Shown: positions 29,623 through 38,981, numbered from the stretch's first letter. The stretch: 64,000 nucleotides of DNA from an uncultured bacterium (GCA_963786935.1 CAWBAN010000001.1:1472001-1536000); one strand, 5' to 3'. The notes: generated by a model from the letters alone, not told the origin. Numbers and translations are program-made.

Positions 29623-30735
29623 TCATGGGCACGGATGCTCGGTCCGATAGAGCTCTATGGCGAATATCGAAAACGAGCAAACGTTGCCCAGCAACAGATC
29701 CGAATAGAAATCAAGATTGCCGTTCGCCAAAATGCATCGCCAGTCACAACCAAGAGACCTGATCGCCTCTTGATACTTCGCCCATGCCACCATTTTTCCG
29801 CAGATTGGTCCCAATAGACCGATTGGACATGTGGCGGACCAATAGATCTCGTCAAAGTAGATCTGTACTTCTTTCCGCAGCCATTCGATAGGTTGACCGC
29901 TGATCAATTCGTTCGCGTCACAAGCGGACGCCACACAATTATTGTCCAGATCGCAAATCTTGCAGTTATTCACGACAGCCGGAGTCGCTAAATAGTCGGC
30001 TACCCCCTGCAGCGCCTCCTCACGCAGGGATGCCAGTATACCCAGGATTTCATCCTGCGTGTCGCATCGCGTCAAATTTCTTGAAGGGGTTGAATTGGCA
30101 AGAACTTGCATGAGCGGATCGAGTCGACTCTCGATGCTCTGCTTCAAACCGGTCCATGCATCGAACATGCTCTGCATGTCTTCCATCGAATCTATTACCG
30201 TATCGTCGTCCACTTCGTTCAGCCGAATGGTTCCCCATCTGAACAAGCCGAGATTCTTTGTCGCGATGGTCAGTCTGTTGTCTTTGACTTGCCTCGCCGG
30301 GATTATTAGCCATTTGGCTTTAGCGGTGTTCCAATAATAAGCACCAAGTACATGCCCCTCCACAGATGGAAGGTAATTCACGGGCAACGTTATCTCGACG
30401 TCTTTCAAGAACGCTGCGCCAGAACGCAGATTGAACACGGGATAATCGCCGCTGAGTCCAGCCGGCAATTCGGGGGCGTTCCACGTTTGCTCAAGAGTGA
30501 CAGAAACTGTTGTATTTTGGGCTAAAGCCCCCGGTGGAATCGTGACCTTTACCCCTTTGATTGCGCTACTGGGATCAGTAACCTCGACCGTGCCGCCATC
30601 AGGGCCAATCACGCGTTCCGCAGGATTGATTTCTTCTGATGGCGCGCCATCATCTCCATCCCCGCATCCATCTACAAGCAGGGCGCACAGAGATATCGTC
30701 ATTATGGTGATAAGCCGGCACGTCAAATATCTCAT
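29623..30735 (-). CDS. Lipoprotein with a ZU5-like domain and Cys-rich C-terminus
   Basis: Lipobox-like VDGC; IGPDGGTVE...VTIPPGAL; GC lower than host. Confidence 0.55.
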   Translation of the reverse strand: MRYLTCRLITIMTISLCALLVDGCGDGDDGAPSEEINPAERVIGPDGGTVEVTDPSSAIKGVKVTIPPGALAQNTTVSVTLEQTWNAPELPAGLSGDYPVFNLRSGAAFLKDVEITLPVNYLPSVEGHVLGAYYWNTAKAKWLIIPARQVKDNRLTIATKNLGLFRWGTIRLNEVDDDTVIDSMEDMQSMFDAWTGLKQSIESRLDPLMQVLANSTPSRNLTRCDTQDEILGILASLREEALQGVADYLATPAVVNNCKICDLDNNCVASACDANELISGQPIEWLRKEVQIYFDEIYWSATCPIGLLGPICGKMVAWAKYQEAIRSLGCDWRCILANGNLDFYSDLLLGNVCSFSIFAIELYRTEHPCP

Positions 30736-30904
30736 CGACCCGACCTCCTTTTCATGATTAGAGGCGGATTCCTTCGTTGGGCAACTGAAAGAATCCCAAG
30801 TACTAACAAATACTCCTATTCATCGAGGTGGTCAAGGCAAAAGCCCGGAATACGGGCGTCATACGGGCATGGCGTCCACGTGCTCGAGGTATTCGCGCTT
30901 TCGA

Positions 30905-31420
30905 TCACCTGCCCCTGACAAACACGACGACGTGTCCCGGCTGCCACGATCCCGTTCGATTCTGAAACCAGCGATCGGTCAACGTGCCGTCGGCGCCGAT
31001 CTCGAAGGTGTTGCGGTAATCGTACGTCTTCCCCTGTATGGTCGCCTGGCCGCTCACGGTGATCGTGCCCTCCTCGAGGGCGACCACGCCCCGGTCGGAG
31101 CCGCCGCGGCTGTTGATGTTCCACAGGCAGACCTTTTGCTCGTTCGCGTCCCAGTAGATGTAGCCTTCGAGGAAGAAAGGAAAATCCGGAAGGGCGCGGG
31201 TGTAGTGGACGACCTTGCCGTTCCAGAGGGATTCGTAGGTCTGCGTTATCGGGAACGTCCGGCTCCCGTCGGGCAGAGGAAACTCTCCCTGCCACGGCGC
31301 GCCCAGAAGCGGTTCGAGAAAGGCCAGCTTCTCATCGAGCCCTTCGGCCCGCAGAGGAAGGCTGAGGCTCGCCGCCACAAGCAGGACCACACCAAAGAAC
31401 ATGTATCTCTTTGCGGTCAT
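30905..31420 (-). CDS. Secreted hypothetical protein (possible beta-barrel)
   Basis: Signal peptide; LAFLEPLLG.PW.G. Confidence 0.6.
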   Translation of the reverse strand: MTAKRYMFFGVVLLVAASLSLPLRAEGLDEKLAFLEPLLGAPWQGEFPLPDGSRTFPITQTYESLWNGKVVHYTRALPDFPFFLEGYIYWDANEQKVCLWNINSRGGSDRGVVALEEGTITVSGQATIQGKTYDYRNTFEIGADGTLTDRWFQNRTGSWQPGHVVVFVRGR

Positions 31421-31529
31421 CTGACCCTCCCCTTCCACTCATCGTTGCCGTTGGCTTCCACTGTCTGTTCGATTGCAGCCTCACACATTATCATCGGTCC
31501 ACGAAGGTTGGCCCCGGCATCGGCTGCAG

Positions 31530-31619
31530 CCGCATCAGCCGCCCCGGCGGGCCGGCGCGCCGCGCGCTCCGCGGGCGGCGTGACGGCAGCGGCCGCCGGC
31601 TGCATGCGGAGTTATACAG
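31530..31619 (-). mobile_element. attC-like integron recombination site with an eroded right end
   Basis: Minus strand CTGTATAAC (R'') TCCGC ATGCAGCC (L'') ... GGCTGAT (L') GCGG; arms CCGCATGCAGCCG and CGGCTGATGCGG pair with one extrahelical base; the GNAT stop lies inside R''. Confidence 0.65.
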
Positions 31620-32094
31620 TGCCTCCATTGAGTTCCCTTGCTAAGCGTTCCATTTGCGGCTCGAATCCCATCGACTCAAAGAAGCTGCGAGCCTCATCAT
31701 TGAATTCCCACGTATCGAGAACGACTTGGCTCAAGCCTGCCTGCCGAGCGTGATCCAACAGCGCTTGAACAAGTCGCCTCCCGATACCTTTTCGCCGGAA
31801 GGCCGGATCCACCGCAATACGATCGAGGTACAGATATTTCGTCTCTTTTGCGAACATAGACTCGGGGGCTCCGCGCATCACACCCACAGCAAATCCGACA
31901 ACCTCGCCATCAATTCTGGCAACTACGGCGTACGCATTTGGCAGCTCGAGAGTCGCTCGTGAGACTTCAACAAGATGATGAACATCCACCGTCTTGAAGT
32001 GCCCTGCCAGATTCTCGACGTGCAGATTGTGGACGATGGCGTGAAGCCGCCCCATCGCTGCTGCATCTCCAGGAACTGCCTTCGAAATCTCCAC
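31612..32094 (-). CDS. GNAT family N-acetyltransferase, probable integron cassette gene
   Basis: IAVDPAFRRKGIGRRLV motif A, N..A..FFESMGF; low GC; start GTG 32094 (or ATG 32139). Confidence 0.88.
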   Translation of the reverse strand: MEISKAVPGDAAAMGRLHAIVHNLHVENLAGHFKTVDVHHLVEVSRATLELPNAYAVVARIDGEVVGFAVGVMRGAPESMFAKETKYLYLDRIAVDPAFRRKGIGRRLVQALLDHARQAGLSQVVLDTWEFNDEARSFFESMGFEPQMERLARELNGGTV

Positions 32095-32322
32095 GTAGTA
32101 CTCTCTATCTGTATAACTCAATACATACGGTTCCGTCATTCGCAGTTGGGCCTGCGAGCTCTCGCTGTATAGCACCGGTGTCTTCCCCTAATAATATCCA
32201 AAGCCTATCACAACCCAACGCCTTCCCTCAAGTGCATTTCCAGGTTCAGCGAGATGGGCTGCGAGCGATCATTGCGATATTGGATAATAACTGCGGATAT
32301 GTATGGGTTCCGAAGACATCTC

Positions 32323-35300
32323 TCACTGCATCAACTTCGGCTTCGCTGCGCGACTCCAAGCAATTTCATTGGCATCCAAGTTCGCCGCGCCGTCAGCTAT
32401 CATTGACACTTCCTCCGCCACGAGGCTCTCCACCCCCAGCTCGCTCTCGACCCGCCCCCGCACGAGAAACGGCCCCGGCCCCCGAAACAGCGTCCGCGCC
32501 GCCCGCCGGTACGCCTTCGGGAAAAACGTCGCCTCGAATCTCCCCCACCGATCCGAGAACGTCACGAACACCATCTCCTCCATCTTGTCGGAGGTGCGCG
32601 CGTGCTTCCACGTCACCTCCCACCCGACGATCTCGACCTCGCGCCCCACGCAGCCGGCGAGATCCATCGAGCGCACGAGCTTTCGCTCCTGTCCGAGTCG
32701 CGCGAGCTGCTCCTCGAACATCGCGAGCGGGTGCCCGCTCACCGCCACGTCCAGCGTCTCCATCTCGAGCGCGATGCGCCGGGGGAGGTCGTAGTCCGCG
32801 ATTTTCGGAAGCCGTCCGATAAGTTTCTCGGGCACCTCGCGCCCGGACCCGCACGACACTCCTCCACCAGCACGGAGCTTCAATTCCCACAAGAGCTCCG
32901 GTCTCGTCCTCCCGAAGCACGCGAAGGCTCCCGCGCGCACGAGCGCCTCGACCTCGTCACGCGCCGCCGGCACCTTTTCGAGAAAATCCCGGAGCGACGT
33001 ATACGGCCGCTCCGCCACGATCCTCTTCGCGGTTTCCGCGCCGAGCCCTTTCACCTGCATGAGCCCGATTCTCAGCTTTCCCCCGCGCCCGTGATGGCGA
33101 ACGCGGCTCTCGTTCACGCAGGGCCCGAGGATCTCCACCCCCATGCGCCGCGCCTCATCGAGGTACTCGCCCTGCGAGTAGTAGCCGCCGCCGTTCGAGA
33201 GGATCGCCGCCATGAACTCGGCCGGATAGTGCGCCTTCCAGTAGGCGCTCTCGAACGACTCGAGCGCGAAGCTCGCCGAGTGCGCCTTGCAGAAGGCGTA
33301 GCCCGCAAATGAGGCCATCTGCCGGAACATCTCGCGCGCCGTCTCCTCGGGGATGCCGCGCGCGAGCGCCCCGCTGAGAAAGCTCGCCTCGTAGCTCGCC
33401 ATCGTCTCGCCGTCGATGTTCTTGTAGGCCATGCAGCGGCGCAGCCCGTCCGCCTCCCCGTAGCTCATCCCGGCGACCGCGACCGCGATGCGGATCACCT
33501 GCTCCTGATAGATGAGGCACCCGTACGTGTCGTGGAGCACGGGCTCGAGCGCGGGATGCGCGAGGGCGACCTCCTCGAGGCCGAGGTGCCGGTGGAGGTA
33601 CTGCCGCTTTCCCCCGTAGCTGGAGACGCCCGGCCGGATGATCGACGAGAGCGCCGTGAGCACCTCGAAGTCGTCGCATTTCGCCTGCCGGATGAGCTGG
33701 ATCATGCCGGGCGACTCGATGTAGAAGCACCCCTCGCAGCGCCCGTCGCGGATGAGGCGCTTCGTCGCGGGGTCACCGAGGTAATCGATCCGCTCGGGAT
33801 GGAGCGCACGCCCCTCGTTCTCCTCGGCCATCACGCACGCCTCCTGAATGACGGCGAGCCCCTTCTGCCCAATGACGTCGATCTTGAGGAGCCCCGCCTC
33901 CTCGACCTCGTGCATCGACCACTGCGTGATCTCGTAGCCCTTGTCGCCGCGCTGGAGCGGCACGAAATCGGTGATCGACGTCGGGGCAGATGACGAGCCC
34001 GCACGGGTGCGTCGCCATGTGCCGGGGAAATTCCCCGATGCGGCGCGCGAGCGCGAGAATCGTGCGGAGCGGCTCCTTGTCGAACGGAATATCCGCCGAG
34101 CGCGGCGAGATCGCGCACTCCTCCTCGATCTGGTCGATCGCCGCGAAGTACGGAAGCCGCTTGACGAACGGCTCGACCTCCCCCTCGGGGATGCCGAGCG
34201 CCTTCGTGACCTCGCGGATCGCGGCGCGCGCCTTGAGCGTTGAGTAGGTGCCGATCATCGCGACGCGCTCGGCGCCGTAGCGGCGGAAGATGTAGCGGAG
34301 CACCTCCTCGCGGTCGTCGGTCCCGAAATCGATGTCGAAGTCGGGAAGGTGCTCGCGCTCGGGGTTGAGGAAGCGCTCGAAGAAGAGGTTGTGCCGAAGC
34401 GGATTCACGTGCGTGATGTTCAAGGCGTACGAGACGAGGCTGTTCCCGGCCGAACCGCGTCCCACCGACTTCATCCCGCGCGAGCGCGCGAAGCGGACGA
34501 TATCCCAGCAGATGAGGAAGTAATCGGCGAGCCCCTTCGCGGCGATCACGGCGAGCTCGCGGTCGATGGTCGCCTCCGCCGCGGCGAGCTCGCGCGCGAG
34601 CGCCGGGCCCGAGGCGGCGCCCCCGCCCTCCTCCATCCGCTTCTCGAGCCCACGCAGCGCGAGCCGGCGCAGCGCCGTGAACGGCTCCTCGCCGCCGGCG
34701 GGCGCGAAACGCGGAAGCTTCCGCGAATGGAGATCGAGATCGAAGCGGCAGTCCTCCGCGATTTCCAGCGCCGCATCGAGCGAGGCGCGGTCGTCGCGAA
34801 AGACGCGCGCGACGTCCGCCGGCGAATGGAAGAACGCCTCGGGCGGAGCGATCGCGCCCGGGGGAAGGGTCCCCACCGTCGAGCGCGTGCGGATCGCGGT
34901 GAGCACCCGGTGCACGAAATGCTCCCGCGGCTCGATGAAGAACACGTCTCCCGCGGCGACGGTGCGGAGATCGCAGCGGGCCGCGGCGGAGCGGAGGCGC
35001 CAGCGGCGCTCGCTCCAGTCGTGCCCCGCGGAGACGGGGAGCGCGGCGAACGCGCGCGGGCGGCCGCGCAGCCTCGCGAGCGCGCGCTCGTCGTCGGCGA
35101 GGACGTAGACGTTCTCCGTGAGACGGTCGAGCGCCGCGGCGAGCGAGAAGTCCGCGTCGAGCCGCCGCCTCGTGACGAGACGGCAGAGCTCGGCGTACCC
35201 CTCGCGCGTCCGGGCGAGGAGCGTCACGCGGCCGATGTCGCCGGTCAATTCCACCCCGTAGACCGGCTGGATCCCCACCTCCTCGCACGCGCGCGCGAAC

Positions 35301-35446
35301 GGTACGACGGCGTACATGCCGTCGGTGTCGGCGAGGGCGATCGCGGGCATCCCGGCCGCCGCGGCCGCGCGCGCGAGATCCTCGACGGACCGCGTCCCGG
35401 CGAGCATGGAGAAGTTCGAATGGACGCGCAGATGAACGAAGCTCAC
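32323..35446 (-). CDS. dnaE2: Error-prone DNA polymerase III alpha (DnaE2-type) with an apparent +1 frameshift in a C4 run at about 33983-33986
   Basis: PHP HLRVHSNFS, GRGSAGNS, FERFLN, PDFDIDF, HPCG, LLKIDV, YQEQV, YAFCKAH; short C-terminus ending in the OB fold; in an operon with lexA and polY. Confidence 0.88.
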
Positions 35447-36660
35447 GGGAGCGCCCTTCCGAAGGCCGGCGCCGCGCGCCCCGGATGCGCGGCGCGCAGG
35501 CGGTCGAGCGCGGCGTAGAGCCTCCCCCGGCGTTCGGCGGCCGCCTCGCGCTCTCCCGCGAAGAGCTCGAGCTGGAGCGGCGCGGGCGTTATCCGTCCCG
35601 CCGAGAGAACGAGGCTCCGCACCCGCACGCGCCTCGCGTAGACGCGCGCGAAGATCCCCCGCGCGGCCTCGTAGATGGCACGGTCGTCCGCGACGGACGC
35701 CTCGGGCGCATCCGGCGCGGCGCCGGCGTCGCCCCCGGCGCTCGCCGCGCCGGGCGTCCCCATCCCCTTCACCGCGAGACCGTCCGCATAACGCACCTCG
35801 AGCCCCACCGCTCCCGCGAGCGAACGTTCGGCGCGGAGCTTCCCTCCGAGACGTTCGGCGAGACGATAAAGCGCCCCCTCGAGAAAACGGCGGTCGACCC
35901 GGTCCGGCTCGAGGATCTCCTCCACGGTGAACCGCTCGTCGACGCCGGGGCGCGTCCGCACGGGCGCCGTATCCTCGCCGAGCGCTCCCCGGTAGAGGCG
36001 TCTCCCCCACGAGCCGAAGCAGTGCGCGAATATCTCCTCGGTGAAGAGGAGCACGTCCCCGACGCGCGCGACGCCGAGTTCCTGAAGCACGGGCGAGCGC
36101 TTCTCGCCGACGAGCGGAAACCGCGCGACCGGCACGGGCGCGACGAACGACCGCTCGTATCCCGCGTACACGTCGACGAGGTTCGCGCACTTGGCCGAGC
36201 GCGAGGCCACATGGCTCACGAGCTTGTTCGAAGCGACCCCGAGCGACACGACGAGCCCCGTATCGCGCGCGATCTCGTCCTTGATCCGCCGCCCCGCGTC
36301 GATGGCCGGTCCGAAGAGCCTGCCGCAGCCGGTGTAGTCGACGTACGCCTCGTCGAGGGAGGCCGACTCGACGACCGGGCTGTACCGCCGCAACACCCCA
36401 AAGATGGCGGACGACGCGCGCCGGAAGAGCCCCCAGTCGGGTGGGAGAAACGTGGCCCGGCCGCAGAGCCGCCTCGCCGCCGAGGCGGTCATGCCCCGCG
36501 TCACGCCGTCCTGCCGCGCTTCATACGAGGCCGAGAAGACCATGCCCCGCGGCGAGGCCCCCACGACGACCACGGCACGCGTCCGCAGCGCGGGGTCGCG
36601 CAGCCGCAGAACCGACGCGTAGAAATCGTCCGTATTGACGTGGAGAATCTCCCGCTCCAC
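35443..36660 (-). CDS. Y-family DNA polymerase (DinB-like; first catalytic Asp replaced by Asn)
   Basis: ILHVNTDDFYASV, ASYEAR..GV..GM, SLDEAYVD, SLGVASNKL, clamp motif QLELF; stop overlaps the dnaE2 GTG. Confidence 0.85.
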   Translation of the reverse strand: MEREILHVNTDDFYASVLRLRDPALRTRAVVVVGASPRGMVFSASYEARQDGVTRGMTASAARRLCGRATFLPPDWGLFRRASSAIFGVLRRYSPVVESASLDEAYVDYTGCGRLFGPAIDAGRRIKDEIARDTGLVVSLGVASNKLVSHVASRSAKCANLVDVYAGYERSFVAPVPVARFPLVGEKRSPVLQELGVARVGDVLLFTEEIFAHCFGSWGRRLYRGALGEDTAPVRTRPGVDERFTVEEILEPDRVDRRFLEGALYRLAERLGGKLRAERSLAGAVGLEVRYADGLAVKGMGTPGAASAGGDAGAAPDAPEASVADDRAIYEAARGIFARVYARRVRVRSLVLSAGRITPAPLQLELFAGEREAAAERRGRLYAALDRLRAAHPGRAAPAFGRALP

Positions 36661-36714
36661 CGTCGTCCCCCCATCGCTCCCCGGACGGTCACGCCGCCCT
36701 CAGCAGTCGAGGCC

Positions 36715-36933
36715 TCAAAGCTTTCTCTTGATCCCGATGACCACCCCCAGCACCTCCACCCCATCGCGGCCATCCCACCGGCACAGTGTCTCGGCGCGCC
36801 CGCGGCGCACGAGCGCGAGCTCGCCCGCGGCGGGGCGGCGCCCCATTTCGAGGAGAAGACAGTCCCCCTCCTCGACCTCGTCCCCCGCGTCGGACGAGAG
36901 CAGCACATCGACCTTGCGATACGCGAGCGCCAT
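36715..36933 (-). CDS. 72-aa degenerate S24 (LexA/UmuD C-terminal-like) protein lacking the catalytic Ser/Lys
   Basis: EVEEGDCLLLE..RRPAAGELALV...VEVLGVVIGIKRK aligns by eye with LexA GILDGDLIIVE.RRRVENGSLAVV...VEVRGTVVGLMRR. Confidence 0.65.
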   Translation of the reverse strand: MALAYRKVDVLLSSDAGDEVEEGDCLLLEMGRRPAAGELALVRRGRAETLCRWDGRDGVEVLGVVIGIKRKL

Positions 36934-36969
36934 AACTATCCCTTCGAAGACTCTGTGACTGTGCCCCGG

Positions 36970-37084
36970 CGCCGGACATTCACGTGACGAACCCATTGGA
37001 GGCTCTGCGACTGGGTTCGGAACGTGAATGTCCGGCGACGAACCCATTGGAGGCTCTGCGACTGGGTTCGGAACGTGAATGTCC
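36970..37084. repeat. REP-like tandem repeat (two identical 48-bp copies, period 51) with nested hairpins
   Basis: GACGAACCCATTGGAGGCTCTGCGACTGGGTTCGGAACGTGAATGTCC at 36986 and 37037; 16-bp inverted repeat 36970-36985 / 37022-37037. Confidence 0.9.
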
Positions 37085-37089
37085 CACGC

Positions 37090-37695
37090 TCACCCGCGCC
37101 TGTACCTCCGCATGAGCCCGACGACGGTCCCGCGCACCTCGACCTCGGCCGCCGGCACGACGATGTCCTTCATCGCCGGGTTCGACGGCCTGAGCCGCAC
37201 GACGGCCCCCTCGTGATAGAAACGCTTCATCGTCGCCTCGCCGCCGCGCAGGAGCACCACGGCCAGCGAGCCGTTCTCGACGCGCCGGCGCTTCTCGACG
37301 ATGATGAGGTCGCCGTCGAGAATCCCGTCCCCCGTCATCGAGTCCCCCTTCACCCTGAGCGCGAAGGTCTCCCCGCGCCCGGCGAGGTCCTCGGGCAGGG
37401 CGACGCTCTCCGGCACCTCGATCGCCTCGATCGGCGAGCCCGCCGCGACCGCGCCGACGAGCGGCACCTCGCGCGACTGGCGCCCCGCGAGCGGCTCGAT
37501 CGAACGCGCCCGGTTCCAGCCGCGGCGCAGGAGCCCCTTGCGGCTCATGTTCTCGAGATGCTCGTGCACCGTGCTCACCGCGGAGAGCTTGAAGCGCGCC
37601 GCGATCTCCTCGAGGGAGGGCGCATACCCCTTCGACGCCTGGAAGGACCGTATGAACTCGAGAATCTCTCTCTGGCGTTTCGTCATGTACGTCAT
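37090..37695 (-). CDS. lexA: SOS repressor LexA
   Basis: TKRQREILEFI, GYAPSLEEI, cleavage site VAAG, catalytic GDSM and ATMK. Confidence 0.95.
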   Translation of the reverse strand: MTYMTKRQREILEFIRSFQASKGYAPSLEEIAARFKLSAVSTVHEHLENMSRKGLLRRGWNRARSIEPLAGRQSREVPLVGAVAAGSPIEAIEVPESVALPEDLAGRGETFALRVKGDSMTGDGILDGDLIIVEKRRRVENGSLAVVLLRGGEATMKRFYHEGAVVRLRPSNPAMKDIVVPAAEVEVRGTVVGLMRRYRRG

Positions 37696-37730
37696 GCCCC
37701 AAGCTTGCCCGAAAGAAAACCGAAAGTCAA
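37696..37730 (-). promoter_or_regulatory. Putative leaderless lexA promoter TTGACT-N17-CAAGCT with a CCGAAAG direct repeat (period 11) in the spacer
   Basis: -10 element ends 6 nt before ATG 37695; no SD; repeats at 37709-37715 and 37720-37726. Confidence 0.55.
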
Positions 37731-37833
37731 GAGAAAAATGAAAATCGGTGTATTCCACCCCCGCGGTGTGCTAGAATTCGGTTTCCTTCGAACGGAAATT
37801 GCGCGCGGAACCATAGGCCAAGGAGGTGTTCCA

Positions 37834-38016
37834 ATGCCGAGCTGCAATGAGATGAAAAAGGGCGAGGTCTACTTCTGCGGAGAATGCGGACTCGAGCTCA
37901 AGGTCGTCAAGGAATGCAAGGACGCGAAAAAGGGCGCGGACACCTGCGCCTGCTGCGGCGAGGACGACATCTGCTGCGACATCACGTGCTGCGGCGAACC
38001 GCTCTCCAAGAAATAA
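37834..38016 (+). CDS. 60-aa Cys-rich protein (desulforedoxin-like CxxCG...CCG scaffold with extra Cys)
   Basis: AAGGAGG RBS; MPSCNEMKKGEVYFCGECGLELKVVKECKDAKKGADTCACCGEDDICCDITCCGEPLSKK; 11 Cys. Confidence 0.8.
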   Translation: MPSCNEMKKGEVYFCGECGLELKVVKECKDAKKGADTCACCGEDDICCDITCCGEPLSKK

Positions 38017-38031
38017 TAAACGGAGGCTCCC

Positions 38032-38940
38032 TTGAAATACAACCGATCCGCGGAACTCCTCTGCGCCGTCGCGCTCCCGTTCGCCTTCCTCTGCGCCGCG
38101 ACGATTCTCTGCGCGCTCCCGTTCGCGCGGCCGGCCGCGGCGGCCGCTCCCGACAGCACCCGCGCCGCCGCGAAGAATCAACCGGCCCTCTGGGCGCAGG
38201 CGGTGAAGATATTCGAGGCCAACAAGGACCTCGTGCCGGGCACGATGATCCAGAAGATTCAGGAGCTCGAGGACGACGGGCGCGTGAAATCCGAATCGAA
38301 CGCCGAGATATCCCTCTCGCTCGACGGCGAGGGGAAGATCAAGAGCGATGTCGTCAAGGCGACGAAGGACGGCAAGGACGTCACCGCCGAGGAGCGAAAG
38401 AAGGCGGCGGAGCGTTCGAAAAAAGAGGCCGACAAAGAAAAGAAGAAGAAGAAGGACGCCGAAAAGAACGCGAAGAAGGATTCAAAGAGCGGCCAGGACG
38501 GCGAGTCGAAGGAGCGCTCACACTCGATCTCGTCGGGCGACAACCCCTTCAATCCCGATATCCAGAACGACGTCCGCGTCACGGAGACGAACGCGCGGGA
38601 GACGATCGACGGACGAGGCTGCGTCCGCTTCGGCTACAGCTATCCCGCCCCGTCGGAGAAGCCTTCGAAGAACAAGCCGGTAATGGTCAAGGGCACGGCG
38701 TGGATCGAGGAGAGCACCGGCAATCCGGTGAAGATCGAGTACACGAACGACCCGCTCCCGAAGGGCGCGAAGAGCATGAGCACGACGTTCCATTACGGAA
38801 ACGGCGAGAACGGCTCGTGGGTTCTCGAAAAAATGGAATTCTCGGGGAGCGGCTCGTTCCTCTTCATCAAGAAGAGCATCCGCGGCGATATCTCCCTCGG
38901 CGATTACTGGAAATACGAAGAGAAGGATTCGGCGAAGTAG
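38032..38940 (+). CDS. Secreted hypothetical protein with a Lys/Glu-rich linker
   Basis: TTG start with GGAGG; signal-like N-terminus; GTAWIEE..G.PVKIEY beta-rich C-terminus. Confidence 0.7.
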   Translation: MKYNRSAELLCAVALPFAFLCAATILCALPFARPAAAAAPDSTRAAAKNQPALWAQAVKIFEANKDLVPGTMIQKIQELEDDGRVKSESNAEISLSLDGEGKIKSDVVKATKDGKDVTAEERKKAAERSKKEADKEKKKKKDAEKNAKKDSKSGQDGESKERSHSISSGDNPFNPDIQNDVRVTETNARETIDGRGCVRFGYSYPAPSEKPSKNKPVMVKGTAWIEESTGNPVKIEYTNDPLPKGAKSMSTTFHYGNGENGSWVLEKMEFSGSGSFLFIKKSIRGDISLGDYWKYEEKDSAK

Positions 38941-38981
38941 GGGCTTCCATCACGGCGTCGGGGCAGCACGATGGAGCGTCG

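Noticed and set aside
24315..31420. Whole minus-strand run as an integron cassette array
   Set aside because: I found no attC-like structure in the intergenic gaps other than 31530-31619
33960..33990. Programmed frameshift or split (intein) dnaE2
   Set aside because: Removing one C from a C4 run restores a continuous reading (ICPTSITDFVPL); no slippery heptamer or intein motif; other indels in the window suggest sequencing error
36986..37084. Possible CRISPR array (palindromic direct repeats)
   Set aside because: Only two 48-bp units separated by 3 nt, with no unique spacers and no cas genes
37775..37800. Imperfect inverted repeat upstream of the Cys-rich gene as an ArsR-type operator
   Set aside because: Too many mismatches to support by eye
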